Source: the human T2T-CHM13v2.0 reference genome, Homo sapiens
Length of the DNA: 64,000 nt
Strand: one strand, 5' to 3'
NCBI RefSeq assembly: GCF_009914755.1
Contig: NC_060926.1
A program made the translations under genes and the position numbers. Below the pieces are notes generated by a model. That model ran no database searches and was not told the origin of the DNA. It saw only the letters and a program-made list of their open reading frames with translations. Shown here in pieces: positions 42,346-57,721 of the stretch (positions are counted from its first letter, which is position 1; the number at the start of each line of letters is the position of its first letter).

Positions 42346-43934
42346 TTCACAGTAATCTTCAAAATTCATCATTTAACATGATAGGCATTTGGATTTTGTC
42401 AATTGTTAAAATTAAAGACTTAGCTGTGAATAGCCGCTAATGTCTTTTTAAACATTTCATTAATGTGAACTATTCAGGCTGAACAGATTTCTTTATGCAC
42501 GGAAATTTCAGTACTCCCCAAGAATGTAGAGACCTTCTACCTCACTCAGTTCTAAGTTGACTGTAGGTGTACTGGAAATATTTGCTGAGAAGAATTGAAA
42601 TTAGTTTGATTTCAGGCTAATAAAATTATCTTTGGCCCCTTGCAAATATCTCTGCTACTGGCTCAACTTAGTTGAAAGGGATTGAACTGAATGCAAAATT
42701 ATGTTGTGAGATTCTAACAGAAGTGCTTTTTAAAAAACTGTTAAATGATTACAAATGACACATTCATTTCAGTTTCCATAGAACATCTGAGAAAGATAAC
42801 AAAGTAGTTTCAAGCAATTCCCACCAACAATTTGAGGAAATTAGAAAAGATGCCAGAAAGCCACACAGCAGCAGAGAAAAATGAAATGCATGGCTTCCCT
42901 AAAAGACCAGGAAAGGGAAAGTGCTGTGTTCTCTTGCTGTTCTGAAGGCCCTTTCAGTGATCAGCCCTTTATTCTATAAATTCCATGGAAATAGTATTTA
43001 GACTTCTCATTCTGACCAAGTGCCTGGTGTTTTTCAATTTCCAGCAGAGGGTGATAAGAAGGATACTTGTTGTGTGAGTAGGTGTTCTGTGTTACACTTT
43101 CTGGTAATTTGCTTGATTTGTTTGCAATTTTCTTAAAATGTGAAAGAAAAGGGTGGGGGAGATAAGAGTAAGGTTTTTCTCCACTATGTTCAAGTGTTTG
43201 GCCAGAAGCTCCCCTGAGATTTTGTGATAGCTCATTTATAATATGGTGCAATTGGATCATCATTATACTTACATACCATCTGTTCACTTCTCTTTTTTAC
43301 CCACTGATTTCAGTTTTAACTATTTTCATCTGAAGTGATACACATTTGCTAAGAAAATCCCAAGCATATTGGTGTAGGAGGACTTCTGGACAAGTGGCTT
43401 TCAGAGTATTGGAAGACAGAATTTCATTTAGCACACATTTATCTATTTCATTTAGAGCTGATTTTTTTTTAAGTCCCTGTATTTGGGAAGTTCATTAACT
43501 GCACATTTCACAGTTTTGCTGTTCTTTTCTCTTTAAGGATGCTATTTGGATTCAGGCACACATTCAGGAGAGTTGGAATGGAGCCAGTTTGTGAAATTTG
43601 GTATCTGAATTTCTAATCAACGTAGATTATGAATTCTACTTCACACATTACTTTCTGTCCCCGATACACATATGTTGCATTGCCAAGCCCGTGTGCTACA
43701 GACTGATCCTTCTCAACCAAATTTTAAATACAAAGATAAGCTAGGATGTATTCCTTCATGGTCATGCCTTCTGGTGCAAATCCTTTCTCCCACCCCCACA
43801 AGAAAGTCATTGGTGCCGCTGTATTTTTCAGAGAAGTTAGTATTTTTTTCCTCTTGCAATCAATAATAGTAAAGTTGAAGAACTCCAGTATTAAGCATTA
43901 CATCAGATGTGTTACCTGGCCATTAATCAAATAA

Positions 43935-44190
43935 TAAACATGATAGTGATTTATACAATATATTGGGGCTTCTACATGGTTGGTATTATGCTAAGCAGTT
44001 CACATGCATTCTCTAATTTGTTCATACAAGAACTTTAGGAGGTGGCTAATAGTATTTTCATCATTTATTTCAAAGAAGAATATTGAGATTTAGTGATAGT
44101 AAATCACCAAGATTTCACAGCTAGTGAATCTTGGCACAAGAGTCAAAACCAGACTTTTCTAACCTCAAAGCCATACTCCTAACAAGTAAC
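43935..44190 (-). mobile_element. MIR
   Basis: 'tgctaagcagttcacatgcattctctaattt...ccaagatttcacagctagt'. Confidence 0.75.
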
Positions 44191-44562
44191 TAAATTCTAA
44201 TTATCTCACATGATGCAAGGTTTTCTATCAGTAGCAATAATGCTGTCACTGTCTCAAGGAATTTGCACCACAAGAGGAGACTAACTTGGTCTCTCTCTTT
44301 CCCATAACCAAGAAGAACAAGCATAACAACTCCCCTAAAGTAAAAGAAAGCAAAATAGTAAAAAGGAAAGTCCTTCAGTGAAAAACTGACCTTAAAAAAT
44401 TAGATGTTGAGTCACATATGTAAGTGAAAACAACTGAACTCAAAATGCTGAGGTTGTGGGTTCCTCTTCAGAAAAACTACTTGGTCCTTCAATGGATTCT
44501 AAAATTCTATGTATATATTTTTACCTAAAGCTATCAGTTAAATCAGAATTAAAAGTTATTAG

Positions 44563-44767
44563 ATGCCTGTAATCCCAGCACTTTAGGAGGCCAAGGTGGG
44601 AGGATCATCTGAGGTCAAGTGTTCAAGACCAGCCTGGCCAACACGGCAAAACCCTGTCTCTACTAAAAATACAAAAATTAGTTGAGTGTGGTTGCAGGTG
44701 CCTGTAATCCCAGCTACTCAGGAGGCTGAGCCATGAGAATCACTTGAACCCAGGAGTTGGAGGAAAA
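44563..44767 (+). mobile_element. Alu truncated at both ends (AluS-like)
   Basis: Runs from 'atgcctgtaatcccagc' to 'ggagttggagg' plus a short A-run; TSD aaaagttatt(a/g)ga. Confidence 0.95.
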
Positions 44768-44780
44768 AAAAGTTATTGGA

Positions 44781-47014
<2,234 letters not shown>

Positions 47015-47069
47015 AAAAAAAGAGAGTTGAGATGGTAAATATTGTGCTATGTGCATTTTTTTCACATTT

Positions 47070-48010
47070 GGAGTTGATAAAGTACTACCCAGCTGAAAAA
47101 ACTAAATAAAAATGCCCCACAATGATGGAGATACATCAGAGTGATACAAGTGCCAACTAAGAGTTCAAATTGAAACAATTGGAGCAACAAACAAGCAAAG
47201 TAGTATTGGTCTCTAATCCAAAGTACAAAATAAATATTCATGAGTCCATTGTGAAGACAGAATATCTACATAAATTATTTGAAGTTCTTCTGCACAGATT
47301 TGTCTATTCTCCTTTATTCATTCATTCATTGTTGATTAATTGTTGTTGTTGTTGTTGTTGTTGTTAAAGACCTTGACCGTTTTGAGGCATATTGGTCAGA
47401 TATTTTGTAGAAGAACCTTCAATTGATATTGCTAATATTTGTCTCATCATTAGGTTGGGGTATCAGGTTTAGGAGAGAAAAATCACAAAGGTAATGTGTG
47501 ATTCTCATTATATCATATGACGGGTACATACTATTAACATGACTTATCACTGTTGGTGTTGACCTTGATCTTCTGGTTTAGGTAGTGTTTTTCAGGTTTC
47601 TTCACTTTAAAATTACTCTTTACATGTAAGGACATTCTACAAAATACCTCACCAGTGCTCCTCAAAACTGTCAAGGTCATCAAAAACAAGTTAATCCTGA
47701 GAAACTCTCACAGTCAAAACGAACCTAAGGGGATATGCTGGCTAAATCCAGTGTGGTATCTTGGAGGGAATCTTGGGACAGATGAAGGACATTAAGTAAA
47801 AACTAAGAAAATCTATATAAACTATAGACTTTAGTTAGTAGTAATGTATCAATATTAATTAATTAATTGTGACAAAGATTCCATAATATTGTAGGGGTAT
47901 TTATAGTGGGGGAAACTGGATGTGGTATGTACTGGAACTCTCTGTACAACCTATACAAAAATTCTGTAAGTCTAAAACTATTCTAAAATGAAGTTTATTT
48001 TAAAAGATAA
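47070..48010 (+). mobile_element. L1MC3/4-like 3' region with internal inversions
   Basis: 'ggacattctacaaaatacctcaccagtgctcctcaaaactgtcaaggtcatc...aaactggatgtggtatgtactggaactctctgtac'; 47250-47620 is antisense. Confidence 0.8.
47340..47365. repeat. (TTG)n microsatellite
   Basis: Directly visible. Confidence 0.9.
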
Positions 48011-49774
48011 AAAAAATGTTGTGATTTAAGTGTGAGGCTAAGGCAAACATTGTTGTGCTTAAGTAATACTCATCAACTCAAGCCGTCTCGCACAACATTT
48101 TGCCTACCCATCTGCCACAAGATTCAGATTGAAGGACCTTTGATGGAGGGGAAAAAAAGGCAGTAAATTAAATGAGACTTCATATTTGAAAGGAAATAAC
48201 AAAGCTAAAAATTAAATAATATACATTTAATGACAATGGTAGAAGAATGATTATGAATATGTTTAAGTCACCTTTGCACACGTGTCAAAACCTTTCTGAG
48301 TTTATGAGTAAGGGATAGAAAAGAGATTACCATTCCTACCGTATAGAGCTGTTCAGTGAAAATCAGCATGTTCAGCAGCCTTTACACATGATTTCAGTTT
48401 CAACAAGGAAGTTAAGCAAAAGTCGAGTGTGAGCATTGTGGCTTTGGACAACCTGTGTAGTTAGAATTCTGAAAAATTGGCTGAAGCATTCATTTCCTTT
48501 ATCTAGCAAACCTTCACAACAACCCACAGTACACCTGCTTTCTATAAACTGTAAGGTGATGGGGTTTTGCATTAGGTTATCAACCACCTCCACCATTTAG
48601 TTATCACTCTTTAGTAATCCAAAGTGATGTCAAACACACTAACTACCACCAGAACAATTTCAGTTCAGCTAATAGCCTCTCAGTTTGCAAAAGCCATAAA
48701 GACTGTATCCATTGGCATTTCTCTTCTCCCCATCTCAAGAAACAGTGGCTTTCCCATTTGCCTGGCAGCTTGCCAAAGAAACAGGCAGTTAGTTAACACA
48801 GAGCTGTCAATAATCCATGGTAGCTAGACTTTATAAAGTAATCAGGAGGGGATATCATTTAATCAAGGTCTTCGAAATATGGAGAAGCAATTGGGATTGC
48901 TAATCAGGTAATTGCAGGGGAGAATTGCTCAGAAATAATTTGTATTGAACTGATGGAACAGCAAGTCCAGGCTACAATGGGGAGCAGGAATTTTTATGCT
49001 AGTGTCATCCTTACTATAATTGGTAATCTTTGTGCAGTGTGCAAATGAGATGGGAATCCATTCTTCCATGGTGCTTGGCTCCCTAAATGTCACATATCTG
49101 GCTTATGCAAGTCACAGATATTGACTAGGCTGTCTCTGGAGAAACCAGACTTGGCTGAACCTTTGAAAGAAAATATGGACACAATGGATCACATTCAAAG
49201 TCACTTACATATTGACCTGATTATATCAAAATATGTGATTACGAATAACATGAGCTTCTACCCCGGTAGGGAATTTAACATCCTGTAGACTTTTCTCAAA
49301 AATTCCAAGGAAATGTCTTACATGGACTCTTCTTGATTCACAATACATCTTCAGTAAGGATCCCTAGGAATATGAAAATTGGAAGTAATACAACACTAAA
49401 CATATTCCGATTTTTATTGACTCACGTGATTTGTCAAGACTGCACATAATTATGACCCCTTCATCGTTGCAAGGATAATTTAAAAGAGTTTCCAATACTT
49501 TATAAAATAGAGCAAGATAGAATAAACTCAAAAATCAGCTAGAATATGAAATAAAATAAAACATTAACAGTATTAATGATTAAGAAAATTGCCATTTCAT
49601 TTATTTATTTATTTCACTGGAAAAATAGTGAACATTTGCTCTGTAACTAGAGAGAGTGTATGCTGTTTTTCTCCACTGAACTTTTTGTGGATAGCTCACT
49701 GTAGATGCTTTTACTCTTCTATTTTCCTAATTTATAATATTCTACTAATTTTGCTGTATGTTGGAAAATAATAA

Positions 49775-49990
49775 ATATGGAGTCAGACTCTATAGTGGAA
49801 GACTAATTCACCACTTGCTAGTTATCTGCCTTGAGGAAAGTTGATTACATTTCTGATTATTTGTTTCCTCCTAGAAAAATTGGGATAAAAATAAATACTG
49901 TCATAAAGTTTCATTGTTGTTTTAGGATGTAAAGTAATTGACCCCACTGCATGGAATATAGTCATTAGTTAATAAATTATAGCTATTAAC
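49775..49990 (+). mobile_element. MIR
   Basis: 'tggagtcagac...accacttgctagtt...tttgtttcctcctagaaaattgggataa'. Confidence 0.7.
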
Positions 49991-51329
49991 AATGCTTCCT
50001 ATTTTTTTGCCTACTTCGTTTCTAAGGTATACTGCAGAAAACTGCAATTCTTTCCTTAAGTAAAAGATGAAAATAATTACTAATGCCTTCCTCCTTTGAC
50101 AGATGCCAATCTGAATTCCACAGCTTGATATGACCTAGACAGAATTTTATTAATCTGTACAAAGGTAACAGGAACAAAATTATTTAATATGGAGGTACTC
50201 TCAGCCTTAAACTATCTCTGGCCTGTTCATCCTACCTGTCAAAGAGAATCTTGGATTTTCCCACTAAACCTCCTCCAATCCCTGATCTTTATTCTCTAAA
50301 GAAGAGTTCTACATGACTGGCCTATAAAATCATGTGATGCAAACTTGGGAGTATAGAAAGGACTAGAAATGAAGAATAAAAATGAAAAGGTAACAAAAGA
50401 GAAGAGAGACATTATGGATGCAACAGTATCAGAGAAAAACATGTTGATGGAGAATGAAGACTATGAATAATGAGAGACCCTGGAGAAGTCGCTGTGCTTT
50501 ACAGAATAGATGAACAGAGGAAAAGGACATTTAAAGAGTTGTGTCTAAGATTATTTCTTGAATCCGTTTTAAAATCATTAGAAAAATATGTAAAGGTTGA
50601 AATTGATGTTTAATAATACTGATTATTAGACAGTGTTTCTTTCAGAAAAACATACTGCTAATACTGAACCATGAGGCATCTTGAATTTTATTTGGGTTAC
50701 ACAAAACCTCCCACTCATTCCTTTCTTTTCTGCATAAACTGTCATCAAAGAGAGCTACCGATCTAGAAGAGAACTACAGGACTAGCCCTTAACTGGTGCT
50801 TTGTTTGCAAGGGAGGAGGAAGTTGAAAGATAGTTGTTATCTTGCAAACTGAGTGTTAATAATATTCTGTGTTATTCTGTGATTTGTAGAAAAAAAGTCT
50901 TTGAAAACAAGTATTACTATTATGCTAAATTTAATGTGCTATCCTCCTATGATCCTGACTTGGATAGACTTAAAGAGGGACTGGTTTTAAGTCCCTCTTC
51001 AAAGACTCATGCTTTCATTAGGAACTCCACAGACGGTTTTCTATTTATTAGCCTACAAATATTTATTAATAATTTTGTGGTGACAGTGAAACTTTTTAAG
51101 GACTTAAAATTAGAATATAGCTTTCTTTTTTTTAAAAAAAGTCTATAAACAGCACAGAAATAAAAATTTATAAATGTCCTTCGCTCTTATTCAGGCTGAA
51201 TATTGATCTAAAGCAAAGGAACTTACCATTTTAAAAAGTTCATATTTTTCCATAAGAACTTTCCCTATGATATCTCAAAAAGCCCTACAGAACATTAAAG
51301 CCTCTATATCCAAATAACACATGTTACTC

Positions 51330-52120
51330 CTGGCTGTATAATTATACTTAGATTGACAAATGATTCTAAATTTTATCTGAAGACTAAATACAAAAATAGC
51401 CAAGAGCATTAAGAGGAAAGGAATATAATGACAGGGACTTTACCAGCTGTTTATGAATATACAATCAGATATTAAAGTATATTATAAATGCACAACAATC
51501 TTAAAGGTATAGTAATGGCACAGAAAGAGACAAAACAGAAAGAACAAAAGCAAACTCTATCTCTATCGTGCAAGAATGTTGACATTTGAAATCAGTGATG
51601 GAAGAGTAGATAAATGGTGCTGAAAATAACTGGGTAAATATTGGCTAAAATGATCATTCCATTTTCATGCCTTTCATCACAAATAATTCTTGATGAAAAA
51701 CAAAATAAACTACACATTCACATTAGTAGAAGAAAATGGTTTTCTTTCAACATTGAAACTCTAAAGGAAAATATTGATAAATTAAACTATGTAAGTTTAT
51801 TTTAAAAGGCGTTTTTGAATTAATGAGAAAAATAATGGCTTATAAAATGTAATGACACAATTGACTAACCATATGGGGGAGAAAATGAATCTGATACCTG
51901 CCTCACTCCTTATCACAAAAAGCCTTTCAAATGCACCAGAAATATAATAATTTCTATTTATAATAAATGAAGATTCAGTAAAGATTATATTTTTAAAAAA
52001 TTGTTCTATATTGTAAGACTAAAGGATAAGAAGGAAGTGACAAGCTGGGGGAAGTATTTGCAATATATGTTCAAATGTACTACTTTTATAATCAGCGAAT
52101 AATATTCATTTTTGTAAACT
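51330..52120 (+). mobile_element. Old L1M (L1ME-like) fragments
   Basis: 'attgacaaatgattctaaattttat...tagtaatggcacaga...taaatggtgctgaaaataactgg...gtatttgcaatat'. Confidence 0.65.
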
Positions 52121-52619
52121 ACTAATGATGACATCAGTATTTCCATTTTGTTAACTTTTATTTGAGATGTTGATATATTTGGCGCCTGGTTTTCCCCAGA
52201 TGAGTCATTTGAATTGAGGATATAGTTTTTAATAGTGCTAGAGTTCCTTTTCAATTCTGTAAAAGTACTACCCTTATTTAATTAGTTTCTTTAGTCATGT
52301 TATGAAATCTGTGACTTGATAGGAGAAAAAGAGGAACTTAATCTCAGAAATTTCCAACACACTTATAATACTTTCCTCTCAACTTTCCCCCCTTATATTA
52401 TCACGATTTTTGATTCCCTTCACTCTTTTCTTCTTCCCTCCATCTTAGAATAAGAGGGCCACCTTCATTTTCTTTCCTATTCCAAAAGTAACATTATTTC
52501 ATAGTATCACTTTTCTCTGAGGTTCAGCTCATCAAATTTGAATAGTTCGCTATTTTTTATAGCACTTCTCAGGGCAGGTCTAGTCTCTGTAAAATTGAAT
52601 AATATTTGGCCTATCAAAC

Positions 52620-52950
52620 ACAGTGATCTAGAGCATAGAGCTTGAGACCGTTTAGTCCAACTTTACTGTTTTTCAGATAAAAACTGAGAGGTCTGCAAAG
52701 GTTCAGTGAGCCAACAGTCATCCATCTTGTTAGTGACAGAACTAGAACTTGACCCTGAGGTATCCTGGTCTTGTCCCCTTCCACATATGGCTGATAGGCA
52801 GCATTTAACACAGATAATCAGACCCTCAAAAGAAAACCATCTTACACTTCCTTTTATAGATGGAAAAGTTGAGGCCCAAAGAAGTAACTAGAACTAGCTT
52901 ACGGTCAAGTTGTTATTGTTGACAGAGACGTGAACAGAAATTTCACGTTC
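52620..52950 (-). mobile_element. Two MIR fragments
   Basis: 'tttcagataaaaactgaga' and 'ttttatagatggaaaagttgaggcccaaagaag'. Confidence 0.65.
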
Positions 52951-53034
52951 TATTCTCAACACACAGAGAGGTTGTGTACAAATGAGGGGAAAAGCTGAAC
53001 CTGGTGCAATGTGGAACCCTGCTTCCTAGTAACA

Positions 53035-53260
53035 AATCACTTGGGAACATTCTGAAAACTCAGTGCTGCCCTCATGAAGACTCACAGAACTCACTGGTAA
53101 ATTAAATTAAGGTCCTGAGAAATCCTGCAGCAAATGAACTTATTATGCTTTGTATAACCCAGAATTTTCCAAATGCACGTGACCAGGAAACCCTTTGTCT
53201 CATAAAAACTGTGATCATCCGGCACAAATAGTGTTTCACTGGATATTTTGTGATATTTTT
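53035..53260 (+). mobile_element. MER103-like hAT-Charlie fragment
   Basis: 'aaggtcctgagaaatcctgcagcaaa...gtataacccagaattttccaaatg...gaccaggaaaccc'. Confidence 0.55.
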
Positions 53261-53629
53261 TGGTTGAGAGCAAAGAAACCTGAGCTTTAATTTCACATCT
53301 GCTAGTCCCTGTCCAGGTGCCCAGGGGTAAGTCTCTTAATTCACTTAACTTTGTTTATGTGTAACAAGAAAGAAGAGGGGAAAAACAAGTTCCAAAGTCT
53401 CTCTCATCTTTATAAGTGCTTTGTAGCTTCATCTGTTGTACATATTCTAAGGAAGGATACACACACACATACACTCCACACACAAATACACACATATGTA
53501 CATAAATAAGATTACTAGTCAACATCCATAAGAATGTGTGTTTATGTACATATATGAAATATTTCTAGTTTCAACATGTTCCCTTTTCTCTTCTCCGAGT
53601 TAGTGGAGGAGTAGAAAGAATTGTACGTG

Positions 53630-53765
53630 GCACAAGACAATTCTGCTCACATCCCATTGGCTAGAACTCATGCCCATGACCACACCTAACTTGGGAAAAG
53701 TGGTCTAATTGTGCATTCAGGAGGGGAATGTGGATCTTGGGAGCAGAGAGGAGCAGTCTCTGAAG
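53630..53765 (-). mobile_element. MLT1 LTR fragment
   Basis: 'ttctgctcacatcccattggctagaact...catgaccacacctaac'. Confidence 0.6.
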
Positions 53766-54054
53766 TTGTTTCACTGGATTTGATGTCCCATCCAATTGTA
53801 AATCTCAATGATCATAAGATATCCTAGAGTACCCTAAATGTGCTCATTATACGGCTTGGGGAAGGATATATACTTAAAAATAATGCACAATAAACTAGTT
53901 ATTGAATGAGTGGTGTGAGGTGCTATATGATGTAGACTCATACAAGACTTAAAACATTAAATGAGAATTCAGAGACCTGGCTCTTCAGGTTTGGTATGTA
54001 CCAGTGTAGGTTGCTTAATATTTCTCTGTTTCAGTTGCTTTAAATATAAAGAAA

Positions 54055-54374
<320 letters not shown>

Positions 54375-54639
54375 TTATCTATTTAGTAGGACTATTCTAA
54401 AGATCAAATAAGACACATATGTAAGAGATTTTAGCACTGTAAAGCAATTGTGAAGAAATCATTATGCTATCATATTTCTAATAGTGGATATAATATATAC
54501 TAACTACATTAGTAGAATTTTTGACCCTATGAACTAATCTCTGAATACTAAATGCTAAAACGATGGCTTTATATATACTATATTAGCAATCATCTGGTAA
54601 AGCTTTAACTAAACTTTTTGTGTTATATTTAACATTTGG

Positions 54640-54930
54640 AGGGCCTGATAGAGTTTATTAAGAGGACAAAATGAGCTAATCCATATGAATTCCTTAAAAT
54701 CGCAACTGCACTAATAAGTTCTGAATAAATATTACTATTGTTATTAGGAGAACTGACATGGCTGAGAATTCATGATACCCAAAGTGCCATGCCAAGCATT
54801 TCATATATTATCTTATTTAATTATCATAATAACTCTATAGTGTAGTTATTATTATCCCATTTTCTAGATTAGGATAACTGAGACTCAAGTAGGATAAATA
54901 ATTGAAATGTGGATTTTAAACTTCAAATAA
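54640..54930. mobile_element. Tail-to-tail MIR pair (+ then -)
   Basis: A MIR 3' end on + ('aaatgagctaat...ataaatattactatt') followed by an antisense MIR ('attatcccattttctagattaggataactgagactca'). Confidence 0.65.
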
Positions 54931-55380
54931 ATATTTATACCTCTTTATTCTGACATTGCTGATAAGCAAATATTTTTTCACAAACTAACATCTAACACAC
55001 CTGAGCCCACTTGGATTCCACAATGGCGTGTCACTGTCCTGTACTCTGATCTCTTTGCAGTTCAGATTGTGATGAAAACAATTCACTAGATGCTCATTGT
55101 GGATGATTTCTCCATTACTTTTCCTAATTAATGACTTTTATCTACCTTGCCCTGGGTCTCCTGGAGCAACTGACAGAGGCACAGAGGACTCAGGAAGTTA
55201 CCAAGTAGCTGGGGGAGACAAACTTTTGCTGATGAAAGTGCTTTCCTAGGTTTCTTAGCGCCTGTGGTTGTGTGTTTAGCAGGTGAAAGTCAGGAGGCTG
55301 ACAGTGATTTTCTTTTTGCCCAACACGTCAGCACAAAAATTACACCATCATAGATGGAGTCTTCCTGATCTCTTTTTGGG

Positions 55381-55381
<1 letters not shown>

Positions 55382-55420
<39 letters not shown>
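55382..55420. repeat. (TG)~19 microsatellite
   Basis: Directly visible, uninterrupted. Confidence 0.97.
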
Positions 55421-55422
<2 letters not shown>

Positions 55423-57123
55423 CCTTTTTTTTGTTATTAAAGAGGAAGGACATAGTTCTTGGTGACATAAAAACATTTTTGTTTCTGTTCAGGGATTCAC
55501 TTGTCCTCTTTTTCATATTATGGTGCTATGTGACACAAGCATTGAAAGTACAAAATGAAAGGGTACTTTATATATTTGTACAACATATTATGCAAATATT
55601 TGGTCAAATTGGGACAGTACATTTGGAAGTGAAGGAGAAAACTTCCCCTGAACACTCATAAATTCACCTTGAAGCTTTATCGCCGAGAGCCTGTGCTATT
55701 TTCCTTTTACTTGTGTACTATGTAGGTCCAGATTGGACACTCTTGTTAAAAATGTGTTTAGGCAATTCAGAATGAATCTAAACTTCTAGAAGACATAGGT
55801 TACTTTCATCAGAATCATGGTCAACAGCAGTTAGTTGTTCAAAATAGTTACCTCTGTTCATTTTAAAGTTAATCATTAAAAGAATAAAATCAAATTGGTT
55901 TACAAGAAAATCATGTGTTCAGTTACTCACACAAAATATCCATTGGTTTAGTAGTTATTGAGAATCTCCTATTTTTAACACCCTGTGTGAATCTGTGATA
56001 GTATTACATAAATACATAATACAAATATATAATATCGAACATACATACACATATATATTATAAATATTCGTATACACCCAACAGAAATAGCAGTAAATGA
56101 TGGGACCAATGACCTCTCAGCAATGTCAGCAATGTGCACTGGGAGTACAAAGAAGGAAGTAATGACTTCTGATTGAGACATGGGGAGTGCTTTCTCATAT
56201 CTCCTGAAGACACTAATAAGTGAAAAACCCAGGACAGGAATCCCAGGGTGGGAGCAGCATGAGTAAAGGCAAAAAAAAAAAAAAAAAAAAAAAGTGCCTA
56301 CTACAATTGAATATAGGGAGTAATAAAGTATAGATAGTAAGGGAACAAAACTGTAGGATGTTAGACTGTAGAAACAGTCTAGAAAGAGATTGTCAAAGAC
56401 AATATGAGTAAGTCCCCCAGATAGCAACTTCAAATCTCTTGATAAACCTAAAGATGGGGAATCTACTGAATGGTTACTGTCCTTATGTTGGCCTACAGAG
56501 CCCTCCCATACAATCATATGTGTATATCTAATTTAAGTATGTGTTTATCATTATCTGTAACATTATTAAAATATCAATGTAGGCAATGAACCTGGGGTTA
56601 AAAAAAAAAAAGACACCTGTACAGAAGAACAGAGAAGGATCTCAGAAGCTCTTGACTGTCAGTGAAAAGTACCAGAAGTGCAATTTGCATGAAATATACT
56701 CAGCTGCTTGGAAGGAGGAATGTTCCCTGACCATTAGAGTAAAGATTCAATGCAAACAAGATAAGCCAAAGGTTGTCTTTCAGCTCCTCAGGAGGGTTCC
56801 CTGGAGAGGCAAGGATGAAGAGAGAATAGGAAGGATGCGTGCACAGCTGTGAGACACCAGACATGTGTCATGGGGAGCAGGATCCAGTGGAGCTGCCCTG
56901 AATAGCTACCAGATGTGCTCTTTTGTCAATGACCTCATCTGAAAGAGTTCCAAACCGGATATATCAAGGCAATCATTTTAGGACTGATGGGATCATATGA
57001 GTTGAACCAAAAGAACCACCATTCTGAGAGAGAGAATTCTTTCTCATGGCAGAAGTTCTTTTTAACAGAAGTGTAGGAAACATTTCATTACCCTTGGAGA
57101 TGTGAATAGAAAGAAAATTATGA

Positions 57124-57721
<598 letters not shown>

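Noticed and set aside
51220-51300. Minus-strand AG...GTAAGT-bounded ~55-nt segment
   Set aside because: Weak polypyrimidine tract, stops in all frames, and adjacent to old L1 sequence; likely chance.
55975-56517. Longest ORF (180 aa, minus strand)
   Set aside because: Runs through a poly-A tract (poly-Phe) and AT-rich low-complexity sequence; no coding signature.
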